A stretch of DNA of 64,000 nt, taken from the NCBI GenBank assembly GCA_005799025.1, contig SYHX01000034.1, positions 6,536 to 70,535 on the forward strand, in the 5' to 3' direction. The translations under genes were made by a program, and so were the position numbers. Below, piece after piece: positions 19,070 to 28,761 of the stretch; positions within the stretch are counted from its first letter, which is position 1, and each line of letters opens with the position of its first letter. The stretch comes from Bacteroidota bacterium. Its GTDB lineage: Bacteria; Bacteroidota; Bacteroidia; UBA7662. The notes beneath the pieces are model-generated. The model did not search any database. It worked only from the letters and a program-made list of their open reading frames with translations, and was not told the origin of the DNA.

Positions 19070-20302
19070 TTAGTTTTTGGGGAGGTACTGGGTGTATTGC
19101 CTTCTTTCAGCCAACAAATCCACACAATAGGCATGGTCATTGAGGGCTTCAAGGGATTGAACCTTGCCTTGGCGGTCTTGGATAAGGATAGGTTGTGGCT
19201 CGGGCTTGTAAACCGCGTTTTGAACAATTCCGGCATGGGCCAAATAAGGAATAGCAAGATCATCAAGGCCTAAACGACGGGCTTCCCTATGGCCCGCTTC
19301 GTAAATGCGATTTTGGTCTGGCTGTTCAGAACTGAACGCTACGCGTGAAAGCATGCGATCCCTCCATTGTCCGCAGAGGTGTTGCAGCAAAGGTTCGGAA
19401 GACCTAGCCCATGCTTTGAGGTGTACCATGATCTCGGCGTCATCCAGACGAGCATAGGCATTTCGCAAATCGCAATTATTGCGGAAATCGTTGGCGTTCG
19501 GTGGGCTATCGAGGAAAAGGGAAAGGTCTTCAGAAAGTTGAATGGGCAGGCCGCCCATCCGGCATTCTCTTGCCCTGCGAATAATATGTCCCATCAGATA
19601 TTCTGCAGATAGTACGGTTTTGTGCAAATAGACTTGCCAGTACATTAGATTACGAGCCATCAGGTATTTTTCGATGCTATAAACACCCTTACGTTCTACT
19701 ACTAATTTTCCTTGATGAACGTCCAGCATCTGAAGGATACGATCCACGCCAATAATACCTTCGGTTACCCCAGTGAAAAAACTGTCCCTGCTGAGATAGT
19801 CCAAACGATCCATATCCAATTGAGAGCTCACCAATTCATGCAAGAACGGCAATTCATGCTGGTTGGTGAATATATCAATAGCAGTGTCCAAGGCCCCATC
19901 CATGGTTTGATTGAGATCCCTCATCAGGAGCAGCGAAATTTCCTCGTGTGGCATGTCATGGATAAGAAATCCTTCCAAGGCATGGGAAAAGGGGGCATGG
20001 CCCAAGTCATGCAGCAAGATGGCTCCCAATGCCCCTAGGCGATCATCAGGACTTATACGGTAGCCCTTGTGTTGAAGAATATCCAAGGCATTCTGCATCA
20101 AGTGCATGGCTCCAAGTGCATGGGCCAGCCGAGAGTGGGTTGCACCAGGATATACCAAATACGTCATGCCTAGTTGCCGAATGTACCGTAGCCTTTGAAG
20201 CAAGGGATGATCGAGCAGATTCAGGATCAGCGGCGATTCCAACCGAATGAACCCATAGAGAGGGTCGTTGAGGATTTTGTTGGTGAGGTGGTAATGGCCC
20301 AT
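19070..20302 (-). CDS. HD-domain phosphohydrolase (dGTPase-like) of the HD-lpxD cluster
   Basis: HD motif ATHSRLAHALGAMHLM...HDLGHAPFSH. 410 aa. It sits immediately upstream of lpxD, a common position in Bacteroidota. Confidence 0.7.
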   Translation of the reverse strand: MGHYHLTNKILNDPLYGFIRLESPLILNLLDHPLLQRLRYIRQLGMTYLVYPGATHSRLAHALGAMHLMQNALDILQHKGYRISPDDRLGALGAILLHDLGHAPFSHALEGFLIHDMPHEEISLLLMRDLNQTMDGALDTAIDIFTNQHELPFLHELVSSQLDMDRLDYLSRDSFFTGVTEGIIGVDRILQMLDVHQGKLVVERKGVYSIEKYLMARNLMYWQVYLHKTVLSAEYLMGHIIRRARECRMGGLPIQLSEDLSLFLDSPPNANDFRNNCDLRNAYARLDDAEIMVHLKAWARSSEPLLQHLCGQWRDRMLSRVAFSSEQPDQNRIYEAGHREARRLGLDDLAIPYLAHAGIVQNAVYKPEPQPILIQDRQGKVQSLEALNDHAYCVDLLAERRQYTQYLPKN

Positions 20303-20365
20303 GGAAAAACGAGGAATTTAGACTACAATTGAGGAATTATACGTTAAGGAAAATAAATTCATGAT

Positions 20366-21919
20366 ATGAATGGTATTTCAATTCTATGGGCGGACGATGA
20401 AATCGATCTATTGGCACCTCATGTGTCATTTTTGGAAGGTAAGGGGTACAAAGTTACACCGGTCAATCACGGAGCTGAGGCGATTCGACAAGCTGGCCTG
20501 AACGATTACGACGTGGTGTTGCTGGATGAAAATATGCCTGGCTTGAGCGGATTGGAGGTGCTTTCCAAGCTCAAGGACCAGTTTCCGCTGCTGCCTGTGG
20601 TGATGGTGACCAAAAGCGAGGAGGAGATGCTGATGCAAGAGGCCATAGGTTCCAAAATTGCGGATTACCTTATCAAACCGGTTCATCCTAAGCAATTGCT
20701 GTCGGCCATCATCAAAATCACGGACCACAAACGACTCATTTCAGAGAAAACTACGGCGGCGTATCGCGAAGACTTTGGGGCATTGGGTATGAGCATGTCC
20801 GATAAATTGAATGCGATGCAATGGGCTGAGCTCTATGAGCGTTTGGTTAAATGGGACCTGAGCCTGGAGGAGTCGGGTGATGCAGGAATGAAGGAAGTTT
20901 TTGCTATGCAAAAGGCCGAGGCTAACAGATTATTTGTTCGTTTCATCAAGGCAAATTACGAGTCCTGGTACCAAGTTGGTACGACCTCTTCACCGATACT
21001 TTCCCATCAATTATTGCAAAAAAAACTACTTCCCGTTCTAGATCAAAATCCCAAAGTCTTGTTTCTCCTCATTGATAATTTTCGATTGGATCAGTACAAG
21101 GTCATCGAGTCAATCCTGTCGTCCTTCTACAAAAATGCAGATTCAATTACTTATTATTCCATCCTTCCTACGAGCACTGAATTTGCAAGAAATGCATTGT
21201 TTGCTGGAATGCCTCCTGCCGAAATTGTTCGTCGATACCCGGACCGATGGTGGTCGGATGATGATGAATTTAGTCATAATATGCATGAGGCCTATTTGTT
21301 AGGTGAATGGCTTAAACGAAATGGCCGCAACATTTTATTTAATTATCAAAAGGTAACTTCCCTCAACCAAGCCAAGGCCATGTTGGATGGTGTGGGTTCT
21401 GCGATGAACATGCCTCTCGAAGTTGTGGTTTATAATTTCGTGGATATGTTAAGTCATGCTCGTTCGGAAATGAATATTATCAAAGAGCTAGCGGAGGACG
21501 AGGCGGCCTATCGCTCGATTACTCGATCTTGGTTGGAGCATTCCCCCTTGTATGACTATTTGGATATTGCGGCATCAAGAGGATATACCCTGGTGCTCAC
21601 CACGGATCATGGTATGGTTAAGGTGGCGGATCCCGTACGCATCAGCGGAGACAGGGAAATGTCCTCCAACCTTCGTTACAAAGAAGGCCGTAATCTTCAG
21701 GTTCAAGAAGATTCACTCTTCATTATTCGAAATCCTGAAAAGGTTCAATTGCCCCGCAAAAACCTTAACTCCACCTATGTTCTGGCCGGCTCGGACCAGT
21801 TTTTCTGCTATCCAAATAATTTTCATCATTATGCGGGACTGTACCGAAATAGTTTCCAACATGGCGGGATATCCATGGAAGAGTGCATCGTGCCCTTCGG
21901 GGTTTTCAGGCCTAGGTGA
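20366..21919 (+). CDS. porX: Response regulator with CheY-like receiver and PglZ (alkaline-phosphatase-superfamily) effector domain; PorX-like T9SS regulator
   Basis: Receiver domain strings ILWADDEIDLL, VVLLDENMPGLSG and KPVHPKQL. A PglZ-type domain follows through the C-terminus. The 517 aa length matches PorX-family architecture. Confidence 0.7.
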   Translation: MNGISILWADDEIDLLAPHVSFLEGKGYKVTPVNHGAEAIRQAGLNDYDVVLLDENMPGLSGLEVLSKLKDQFPLLPVVMVTKSEEEMLMQEAIGSKIADYLIKPVHPKQLLSAIIKITDHKRLISEKTTAAYREDFGALGMSMSDKLNAMQWAELYERLVKWDLSLEESGDAGMKEVFAMQKAEANRLFVRFIKANYESWYQVGTTSSPILSHQLLQKKLLPVLDQNPKVLFLLIDNFRLDQYKVIESILSSFYKNADSITYYSILPTSTEFARNALFAGMPPAEIVRRYPDRWWSDDDEFSHNMHEAYLLGEWLKRNGRNILFNYQKVTSLNQAKAMLDGVGSAMNMPLEVVVYNFVDMLSHARSEMNIIKELAEDEAAYRSITRSWLEHSPLYDYLDIAASRGYTLVLTTDHGMVKVADPVRISGDREMSSNLRYKEGRNLQVQEDSLFIIRNPEKVQLPRKNLNSTYVLAGSDQFFCYPNNFHHYAGLYRNSFQHGGISMEECIVPFGVFRPR

Positions 21920-21983
21920 TAAGTAGACTAGTCTTGGGGCAGGGAAGGTATTGAATTGTGCTTGCATAAGTTAATTTTGTTGA

Positions 21984-22637
21984 ATGAAACGCGGTGAAAG
22001 ACCTAGGGTTCCCCACCTCATTGGAATAGTTGGGGGTTCCGCTTCGGGTAAAACGACCTTCATCAAGGACTTGGCTTCCCGTTTTTCGTCGAATCAGCTC
22101 TGTGTGATTTCTCAAGACCATTATTATCATCCATTGCCCATGCAGGCGAGGGACGAGCGCGGAGAGGTTAATTTCGATCTGCCCTCTGCCCTTGATCGGC
22201 AACGCTGTTTAGCGGATTTGTTATCCTTGATCAAGGGCCAGGCGGTGACCATCCGGGAGTATACCTTTAACCGCCCGGATGCCGATCCAGCAGAACATAC
22301 ATTAGAACCAGCTCCGGTGATTATCATGGAGGGTTTGTTCGTTTTTCATTACAAGGAGATAGCTGACCTGCTGGACTTGCGCATTTTCATCGATGCACCT
22401 CAGGATCTCATGCTGGCCAGACGGATTGAACGGGATTATCGTGAGCGTGGCTATCCCGAAGATGTGGTGCGTTACCAATGGGATCATCATGTCGCCCCTG
22501 CCTACAAAGCCTACCTTGAGCCTTACAGGGATTCTAGTGATTTAATCGTTACCAATATTCATGGCTTTGAACGGGCCATGGAGGTTATTACTTCTCATAT
22601 TCAAAATATTTTATCATGGAAAACCGTTTCGGCGTAA
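21984..22637 (+). CDS. udk: Uridine kinase
   Basis: P-loop GIVGGSASGKTTF. PRK/uridine kinase fold strings. 217 aa. Confidence 0.8.
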   Translation: MKRGERPRVPHLIGIVGGSASGKTTFIKDLASRFSSNQLCVISQDHYYHPLPMQARDERGEVNFDLPSALDRQRCLADLLSLIKGQAVTIREYTFNRPDADPAEHTLEPAPVIIMEGLFVFHYKEIADLLDLRIFIDAPQDLMLARRIERDYRERGYPEDVVRYQWDHHVAPAYKAYLEPYRDSSDLIVTNIHGFERAMEVITSHIQNILSWKTVSA

Positions 22638-23311
22638 TTGGCTTGGGTCGTTTTGGGACGACTATTGCTCGCACATTGGCACAGCGTGGAGCAGAAGTCA
22701 TTGTGATGGATAATGATCCAAATACCATTGATGCCCTTCGAGATGATGTGGCCTATGCGGTGCATATGGACGCTACTAACATTAAATTGCTTCGCGAACA
22801 GAGTGTACAGGACTTGGACGCGGTGGTTGTTGCGATCGGACAGGATTTCGAGGGCCTTTTGCTTACTACGGTAACACTGATTGAGTTAGGCGTCAAACGT
22901 ATTATTGCAAGAGCATCTACCGAGCAGCAGCGCAGAGTTTTGGAAAAACTTGGCGTTACTGAAATTCTATCACCTGAAGATGAAGTTGGGATATCTGTCG
23001 CGGGTCGCTTGCTCAATCCCAATCTGATCAATGTCTTTCAACTCCCTGATGACTATCAAATTGTAGAGGTCAAAACACCAGCAGGTATTTGCAACAAAAC
23101 CGTTCTTGAAGTTGAACTCCGATCGAAGTATAAATTAAACCTAATTACCCTAAGGAGGGCTTACGAGATTGCCATGGAGGACGGTTCCAACAAGGTAGAA
23201 TATCATATTTTGGGTGTTCCGGGGGCAGATACTATGCTCTATGCCACTGACTTTATGGTCCTTCTCGGGAAAAGTGAGGATATCGAAAGATTTGTTGAAG
23301 TGAATCGGTAG
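22616..23311 (+). CDS. TrkA/KtrA-type K+ transport regulatory protein (RCK N + RCK C)
   Basis: N-terminal Rossmann glycine motif GVIGLGRFGTTIARTL...VIVMDND (TrkA-N) and a C-terminal TrkA-C-like domain. It overlaps the udk end by 22 nt. Confidence 0.7.
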   Translation: MENRFGVIGLGRFGTTIARTLAQRGAEVIVMDNDPNTIDALRDDVAYAVHMDATNIKLLREQSVQDLDAVVVAIGQDFEGLLLTTVTLIELGVKRIIARASTEQQRRVLEKLGVTEILSPEDEVGISVAGRLLNPNLINVFQLPDDYQIVEVKTPAGICNKTVLEVELRSKYKLNLITLRRAYEIAMEDGSNKVEYHILGVPGADTMLYATDFMVLLGKSEDIERFVEVNR

Positions 23312-23319
23312 ACGATTTA

Positions 23320-24468
23320 TCAACGGCCTTTGTATCCGGATTTTTTCAGAATTTGGGATGAAGGAAGATTTCTGTTTTCCAACATAATGATCCAAGGAGG
23401 ATTCCTTTGAGACTCTCTATCGCTTAGAATCCATTTTTGAATAACCGCATCGCCAATGAACAAGCCTAATGCGGGAGGACTTTGTTCCGGGTAGCCTGAG
23501 CTAAATGGGCCATCGCTCAGGTAGCGAGATAGGGTGGAGGGGTCTCCTGAAAACAACAGGTCTTGGCTCACTAAATCCCGCCATACTTCAACCTGATTGC
23601 TCTTGATCCAATTCCATTGCGATGCACTGTAGCCTAACAACAAAGTGTCATGGATTTCCGGGAGTAACCACCGCATACAGGCCAAAGTTTTGCCCTCTCG
23701 AATGATTTGGTCTATCAAGGTGTTTCCATTTTCTGAAGGATTCGTTATGTTTTCATTGACCCAGTCTTCGGCAAGGGTTCGGGCCACAGCAACCGGAAGG
23801 TAACTTGGAGCCGTACGCCTCCTTTGGTATTGATAAAGGTGGTCGACGCTGGGATAATACCGGTATCCTTCGTTCATAAACATATCGAGGCCTAGCCAAA
23901 GGGTGGAACTAGTCAATGCTGTTTGGTACTGAAACAAGCCTACCATCCCAATGATTTCAAGTGGTTTCGTGGATTCTGAATTCTTGGAAGGAGATCCGGG
24001 GTTTGCTGGTTGATTAGAATGGTCTTGGATGAAACTCTCTGTGATTTTTTGAAGGGAATGGTACCGTGCAAGGACTTCGAAGAGAGAGTTTTTCGCACTT
24101 TTGATTTCAGGATGATCTGAGTCCCACATAGAAGATACATCTTTGATGAGACTATCAACGGGTGGACTTTTTAGTAAAGGATAAGCCGTCTCAGAACGGA
24201 GGCTTTGAAGCTGTGTTAACCAAAAACGCCAGTAGTTGGGGTTATTGCGCTGTATGCGTTGGGTCCAATCCTCGAATTTTTCTTCCTTCAAAATCCCTTG
24301 ATCTGCGTAAAATGCGTGCCAAGAGCCGTTCATTGGTCTGCTAATTGGAAGGCTTGGTGATGCCTTCTTTCCAAACCAAGGCATATGTTGGTTAAAGTAC
24401 CATGCAATACAGCCCAAGGAGATAGCGGCGGCAATTAGTATGATATAAGTCTTAATTTTGTTCCACAT
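23320..24468 (-). CDS. Hypothetical lipoprotein/secreted protein (about 383 aa)
   Basis: Signal/lipobox-like N-terminus MWNKIKTYIILIAAAISLGC. No catalytic motif recognised. Trp/Tyr-rich. The track ORF starts 11 codons upstream at 24501. Confidence 0.5.
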   Translation of the reverse strand: MWNKIKTYIILIAAAISLGCIAWYFNQHMPWFGKKASPSLPISRPMNGSWHAFYADQGILKEEKFEDWTQRIQRNNPNYWRFWLTQLQSLRSETAYPLLKSPPVDSLIKDVSSMWDSDHPEIKSAKNSLFEVLARYHSLQKITESFIQDHSNQPANPGSPSKNSESTKPLEIIGMVGLFQYQTALTSSTLWLGLDMFMNEGYRYYPSVDHLYQYQRRRTAPSYLPVAVARTLAEDWVNENITNPSENGNTLIDQIIREGKTLACMRWLLPEIHDTLLLGYSASQWNWIKSNQVEVWRDLVSQDLLFSGDPSTLSRYLSDGPFSSGYPEQSPPALGLFIGDAVIQKWILSDRESQRNPPWIIMLENRNLPSSQILKKSGYKGR

Positions 24469-24517
24469 CTTGATTTTCGGTAATTCTGCGTTGTGTTTCA
24501 TTTTAATTTCAAATTTA

Positions 24518-25336
24518 ATGAGGTTTCTAATCTACCTGCTCTTTCAAAGCCTTTCTTTCGCTTGTCGGTCTAGGCAAACGCCTTTTGAGTATTACATTAT
24601 TGCTTTGCTCTTCCTTGGCGGTGTAAGAGGGCCCGATATGATCGCTGCGCAGCCAAAGACAGACATTGGTTCGTCGTCTTTAAGAATGGGGCTTCAGGCA
24701 TCCCTGCAGCCCAGTTGGATTGCCTCGGACAATCGTCAAATTCAGCCTGGCCAAATAGGATTGGGTTGGTCGGTTGGTATGAATGTGACACACTCTTTTG
24801 CGCCTCGTTATTCCTTCTTGACTGGAGTATTGCTTCGAGGAAATGTTTTCAATTTGATGGCAGATTCTTTTCGTTATAAGAATGCGGGAATGGATACGGT
24901 ATTGCGTGATATTCGTTACCAATACAGGACTCAAGGCCTAGAAATTCCATTTATGATGCGATTGGGAGGCGCTCAGAGTCAAGCTAAATCGGCCCCATAC
25001 GCTCTTTTTGGATTAACGACCATGTGGAATACAAGGGTAAGGGCAAGCTTTGAAGGCCAAGAAATTATTGGGTATGAGGCAGGTGAATTTTTTGATCCAT
25101 CTAGTGAAAATTACCGGGTTACCAACCTGCCAGGGTCACCGGTGGATCAAGACGACCGATTGGCCTTATTTAACGCGTGGCTGGGCATTGGTTTTGGTTG
25201 GGAAATTCCATTGCCATCTGCCATGAGGTTAAGCTCCGGGCTTCGTTACGACTACCCCTTGACCCAGGTGTTTCGAGGGGATTATTTCATAGGGAGGTTG
25301 CAATCCTTACAGGTTTCTACATACCTAACCTTCTAA
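24518..25336 (+). CDS. Hypothetical outer-membrane beta-barrel-like protein
   Basis: Hydrophobic N-terminus, alternating amphipathic beta-strand-like segments, and a C-terminus ending in ...QVSTYLTF (aromatic terminal residue typical of OM barrels). The start is uncertain (track start 24458 is non-ATG); the ATG at 24518 gives MRFLIYLLFQSLSFA. Confidence 0.45.
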   Translation: MRFLIYLLFQSLSFACRSRQTPFEYYIIALLFLGGVRGPDMIAAQPKTDIGSSSLRMGLQASLQPSWIASDNRQIQPGQIGLGWSVGMNVTHSFAPRYSFLTGVLLRGNVFNLMADSFRYKNAGMDTVLRDIRYQYRTQGLEIPFMMRLGGAQSQAKSAPYALFGLTTMWNTRVRASFEGQEIIGYEAGEFFDPSSENYRVTNLPGSPVDQDDRLALFNAWLGIGFGWEIPLPSAMRLSSGLRYDYPLTQVFRGDYFIGRLQSLQVSTYLTF

Positions 25337-25337
25337 T

Positions 25338-27026
25338 ATGCGTTTAGGTTTGGTTCAATTTGCACCCGAGATTGGGGAGGTGTTGGTCAATGCTGCTTCT
25401 ATGTTGGAGGCAGCTTCCGCTGCGGCCAAAAGAGGAGCTACCTTGGTGGTTTTTCCTGAGTTGAGCTTGGTCGGTTACCCGCCTATGGATTTGTTAAGAG
25501 ATGAAATGTTACAAGAAATCTGCCGAAACGCATTGGATTTTTTAGCTAATCGTCTGACAATAAATGCCTTGATTGGGGCGCCGAGTTGGGAGGATGGTAG
25601 GGTATACAATGCGGTGTATTGGATATCAGATCAGAGGTGGTCGGTGGTAGGGCGTAAAGTTTTGCTCCCTAATTACGACGTTTTTGATGAATCCCGGTAT
25701 TTTCAGGCAGGTGATCAATGCAGTATTTTGGAGCATAGTGGAAAGAAAATCTTGCTTAGCATTTGCGAGGACCTATGGGCACAGGGTGCTGACTTTAAAT
25801 ATCCCATAGATCCCATCCAAAAGGCAATAGAAGCTGCGGATCCTGGTATTCATTTTATTTTGAACATGGCCGCATCGCCTTATTCCATTCAAGGGATACC
25901 TCGCCGCGCTTATGTCTTGCAATCAACAGCTACGAGATGGGGTATTCCAGTGGTTTACGTGAATCAAGTAGGCGCTCGTGCAGATCTCATTTTTGATGGA
26001 GGGACTTCTGTAACATTTCCTGGTAAAGATGTCCAAGAAATTTGCCCCATCTTTGAACAGGCATGCGCTCTGTGGGATACCGACTTAAATCAATGCCTTG
26101 AAACTTTTAGGTGGGGCGGGCATGGCAAGGATTCGATTTTGAATCCTGATTCGTTGGATCTTCTTCAAACTCCAGAAGAGATCATTCTAGGCGATCATTT
26201 TAACTCCGCTGAAATAACCAAGGCCTTGTGCCTGGGTATACGGGATTATCTTGCTATGACCGCAGGTAAGAATGTTGTGATAGGCCTTTCCGGCGGTGTT
26301 GATTCTGCAGTGGTTCTTTGTTTGGCGGTGATGGCGCTTGGACCCGAAAATGTTACAGCATTGTTGATGCCATCGGGTTATTCGTCGGAGAGATCCGTGA
26401 AGGACAGTGTTAGCTTATGCCGTCTGCATGGCGTTGCGTATCAAATTTTGTCAATTGAAGATAGCTTTAATGCGGTAAGGGGTACTTTAAACGCTCAATG
26501 GAAATCGAAACCAACAGGATTGACTGAAGAAAATATTCAGCCTAGGCTGAGAGCATTGTTCCTAATGGCCTATTCCAACCAAAATGGGGCTATGTGGTTG
26601 AATTCTAGTAACAAAAGCGAGGCCGCTATGGGATACAGTACTTTGTACGGAGACATGGGAGGGGGGCTGTCCGTCATTGGGGATTTGTACAAAACACAGG
26701 TTTATACGTTGGCAAATGCGTGGAATTCCGTCAAAGAATGGATCCCCGAGAGTATTCTTCAGGCCGCCCCTAGCGCGGAACTCAGGCCAGGTCAATTGGA
26801 TTCGGATACATTGCCGCCTTACCCTTTGTTGGATGCAATCTTGATGGATCGCATTGAAGGAGGGCAAGATGAAGAGGGTTTGATTCAGAAGGGCCATGAT
26901 CCTGATCTTGTTCGCCGTGTTTTGGGCATGTTGAAACATAGCGAATTCAAGCGCCATCAAATGCCTCCAGTTCTGCGTGTCAGCTCCCGTAGTTTTGGGA
27001 GAGGGTGGAGGCGGTCTTTGGTATGA
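25338..27026 (+). CDS. nadE: Glutamine-dependent NAD+ synthetase (nitrilase domain + NAD synthase domain)
   Basis: N-terminal CN-hydrolase region (VVFPELSLVGYPPMDLL, ICEDLW). C-terminal PP-loop VVIGLSGGVDSAVV plus NadE strings. Confidence 0.85.
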   Translation: MRLGLVQFAPEIGEVLVNAASMLEAASAAAKRGATLVVFPELSLVGYPPMDLLRDEMLQEICRNALDFLANRLTINALIGAPSWEDGRVYNAVYWISDQRWSVVGRKVLLPNYDVFDESRYFQAGDQCSILEHSGKKILLSICEDLWAQGADFKYPIDPIQKAIEAADPGIHFILNMAASPYSIQGIPRRAYVLQSTATRWGIPVVYVNQVGARADLIFDGGTSVTFPGKDVQEICPIFEQACALWDTDLNQCLETFRWGGHGKDSILNPDSLDLLQTPEEIILGDHFNSAEITKALCLGIRDYLAMTAGKNVVIGLSGGVDSAVVLCLAVMALGPENVTALLMPSGYSSERSVKDSVSLCRLHGVAYQILSIEDSFNAVRGTLNAQWKSKPTGLTEENIQPRLRALFLMAYSNQNGAMWLNSSNKSEAAMGYSTLYGDMGGGLSVIGDLYKTQVYTLANAWNSVKEWIPESILQAAPSAELRPGQLDSDTLPPYPLLDAILMDRIEGGQDEEGLIQKGHDPDLVRRVLGMLKHSEFKRHQMPPVLRVSSRSFGRGWRRSLV

Positions 27027-27030
27027 GTTC

Positions 27031-28581
27031 CTAAAGGGGTATGTTCTCGCCTTTGCTGTTGAGCAAGCGATATTCCCCCATGAGTTTTTGGTTATCGGCT
27101 TGGATGCGAATCCACTTGTGGTATTTCAACCACCATTTCATCTGAAGCGAAGGCCAACCCGCCTTGCAGTATGCTGCCAAATGAGGATGGGCCACGACAG
27201 TGACTTTGGATTCCCCGTTTTTCTGTAACAAATAATCTAATCGGTTTTCCATTTGGTCAGTAATAAGTAGACTAGGCCCTATTTTGCCAGTTCCGTTGCA
27301 AGCTTGACAATGTTCTTGGGTCGAAATTTGTACCGCGGGCCTTACCCTTTGGCGTGTAATTTCCATCAAGCCGAATTTCGACATTGGCAGAATATGGTGC
27401 TTGGCTCGGTCGGTGGACATGAGTTGGATCATCTTGTCCAAGAGGGCCTTGCGCTGTTCGGCGGATCGTAAGTCGATGAAATCGATAACAATGATGCCGC
27501 CCATATCCCGAAGGCGAAGCTGCCTTGCGATTTCTTCTGCTGCGTCAAGGTTGGTTTGCAACGCGTGTTCTTGCTGGTCTGTGTCCTTTTTGGATCGATT
27601 CCCGCTGTTGACATCAATGACATGTAGTGCCTCTGTATGTTCAATCACGAGATAAATTCCTCCTGGCATGGTGACGGTGGTGCCAAAGGATCCTTTAATC
27701 TGTTTGTCGAGACCGTAATGCTCGAACATATTCACCTTCCCTTTGTAAACCTGTACCAAATTAACCTTATCGGGGGCGATGCCATGGATATACTCTTTGA
27801 GCTGTTCCGCCATTCCCGGGTGATCCACTTGGATTTGGTCAAACTGGTCGCTGAGTAAATCCCTGAGTAAACCCGTTACTCTGGTTATTTCTTTGCTAAT
27901 GAGGTCCCTTGGTTTGGCGGCAACCAGCTTGCGGCTTATTTCTTTCCATTTATCCACCAAGTCCCTGATATCGCTTTGAATTTCATCAGCCCCAGCACCT
28001 ATGGCAGCGGTTCGAATGATGACCCCAAAATTGCGTGGAAGTCCTTGTGCGGCAATTTGTTTCAGGCGTTTTTTCTCTTCGGCATCGGTGATCTTTCTGG
28101 ATACAGAAACCCCGCTGTCCATGGGGAGCACTACACAAAATCTACCAGCCAGGGATAAGGAGGCGGTGACCCTGGGTCCTTTGGAGTTGATGGGCTCCTT
28201 GGTAATTTGGACAGGGATACGGTCGCCTTTTTGGAGGTATGTACCGATTTGCCCATCTTTAGGCAGCGCTTCGACTCTGTCGAAGTGTTGAAGCATTCCG
28301 GGCTTACGCTTTCCAGAGCTTAATTCAGCCAGGTATTTGCGCATAGTTCCGAAATGTTCTCCCAAATCCAAATAATGCAGGAAACCGTCTTTCTCATCGC
28401 CCACGTCCACGAAGCAAGCATTGAGCGACGGGTTGATTTTTCGTGCCTCCCCCCAATATATATCCCCAACCTGGAAGGCCCTCTCGTTGGTTTCTTCGCC
28501 GTATTCGATAAGACGACGGTTCTCAGTCATGGCAAAAACAAAGCCTTGACTAGAATGGCTGACAAAGAGTGATTTACTCAA
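27031..28581 (-). CDS. rng: Ribonuclease G/E family endoribonuclease (Rng/CafA)
   Basis: N-terminal S1 domain (VGDIYWGEARKINPSLNACFVDVG), a DNase-I-like catalytic core, and a C-terminal zinc-link CxxC (CQACNGTG). 516 aa. Confidence 0.8.
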   Translation of the reverse strand: MSKSLFVSHSSQGFVFAMTENRRLIEYGEETNERAFQVGDIYWGEARKINPSLNACFVDVGDEKDGFLHYLDLGEHFGTMRKYLAELSSGKRKPGMLQHFDRVEALPKDGQIGTYLQKGDRIPVQITKEPINSKGPRVTASLSLAGRFCVVLPMDSGVSVSRKITDAEEKKRLKQIAAQGLPRNFGVIIRTAAIGAGADEIQSDIRDLVDKWKEISRKLVAAKPRDLISKEITRVTGLLRDLLSDQFDQIQVDHPGMAEQLKEYIHGIAPDKVNLVQVYKGKVNMFEHYGLDKQIKGSFGTTVTMPGGIYLVIEHTEALHVIDVNSGNRSKKDTDQQEHALQTNLDAAEEIARQLRLRDMGGIIVIDFIDLRSAEQRKALLDKMIQLMSTDRAKHHILPMSKFGLMEITRQRVRPAVQISTQEHCQACNGTGKIGPSLLITDQMENRLDYLLQKNGESKVTVVAHPHLAAYCKAGWPSLQMKWWLKYHKWIRIQADNQKLMGEYRLLNSKGENIPL

Positions 28582-28761
28582 AACAATAGGGTTTAATCCT
28601 AACCTAACGATTAGGAATAATAAGGAAAATCCGGCTTAAGCCCTAGGGACAAAATAAAGTAAGCACCAAATCCACAAGCCCAATGGGTCAACCATGGGCT
28701 ATGCGGACTTTGAATCAAACTAGTTAAGGTTGAGATAAAGCCAACTTAGGCTTACGCCGGA

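Noticed and set aside
23320-24468. Calling the lipoprotein GldB
   Set aside because: The call would rest only on a vague memory of nadE-gldB linkage in flavobacteria. I recognise no GldB-specific motif, so I left it as hypothetical and raised it only as a question in the findings.
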